43,531 nt of DNA from a virus (lineage: Duplodnaviria > Caudoviricetes). The translations under genes were made by a program, and so were the position numbers. Of the stretch, positions 43,191-43,531 are shown piece by piece; position 1 is the stretch's first letter, and every line of letters begins with the position of its first letter. The stretch lies in IMG/VR virus record IMGVR_UViG_3300037756_000072, positions 1-43,531 of that record; one strand, given 5' to 3'. Under the pieces are notes generated by a model. It was given only the letters and a program-made list of their open reading frames with translations, was not told the DNA's origin and did no database searches.

Positions 43191-43531
43191 ATGCCTACGC
43201 GCCCACTCAAGCCGTGCAACCACCCAGGCTGCCCGGTGCTCACGAGCGCGCGCTATTGTGGGTCGCACGAGCGGGAGCACGGCAAGAAAGGCGACAAGAA
43301 CCGCCCGACCGCGCACCAGCGGCTGTACGACTACCGTTGGCAGAAGGCGCGCGAGCAGTACCTGCACGAGCATCCGCTCTGCGAGATGGAGTGCGCGCAG
43401 CTCGGGCGCGTGACTGCAGCGACGACGGTCGACCACAAGGTGCCGCACCGCGGCGATTCGGCGTTGTTCTGGGATCCGAACAATTGGCAGGCAGGTTGCG
43501 ACCACTGCCACAACAGTTGGAAGCAGCGGCA
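43191..43531 (+). CDS. Packaging-associated HNH endonuclease (truncated by window end)
   Basis: Own translation: MPTRPLKPCNHPGC...YC..H...RWQKAR..YL..HPLC..C...AT.VDHKVPHRGD..LFWD..NWQ..CDHCHN (HK97 gp74-like). Confidence 0.92.
   Translation, partial: MPTRPLKPCNHPGCPVLTSARYCGSHEREHGKKGDKNRPTAHQRLYDYRWQKAREQYLHEHPLCEMECAQLGRVTAATTVDHKVPHRGDSALFWDPNNWQAGCDHCHNSWKQR

Noticed and set aside
1-43531. tRNA/rRNA genes and IS elements
   Set aside because: No cloverleaf or T-arm signature, rRNA-like stretch or transposase seen by eye; tRNAscan-SE and ISEScan would be decisive.

Overview
A near-complete, GC-rich temperate long-tailed (siphovirus-type, HK97/lambda-like) phage genome of a Gram-negative host, probably a proteobacterium (Rz/Rz1 spanins, OMP genes, lambdoid switch). 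It opens at the probable cos region and terminase, runs rightward through head, neck, tail and lysis genes (to ~28.7 kb), then a leftward early arm with a large serine integrase, SLT, MazG-like and ParB-like genes (28.7-38.7 kb), a cI/cro switch with five operators, replication/Q genes, and ends inside the packaging HNH gene. The best candidate novel system is a six-gene glycosyltransferase/methyltransferase cassette (Maf-like, GT9-like, GT29 sialyltransferase-like, three SAM methyltransferases) inside the morphogenesis operon, together with a recurrent D/E-S-P tripeptide in loops and termini of neck and tail proteins; together these suggest a sequon-directed virion O-glycosylation system. Second, each of two tail-fibre genes is followed by an antisense outer-membrane beta-barrel gene, and both barrels share one structured ~100-bp promoter/leader. 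All protein calls are by-eye motif recognition; no database search was run.
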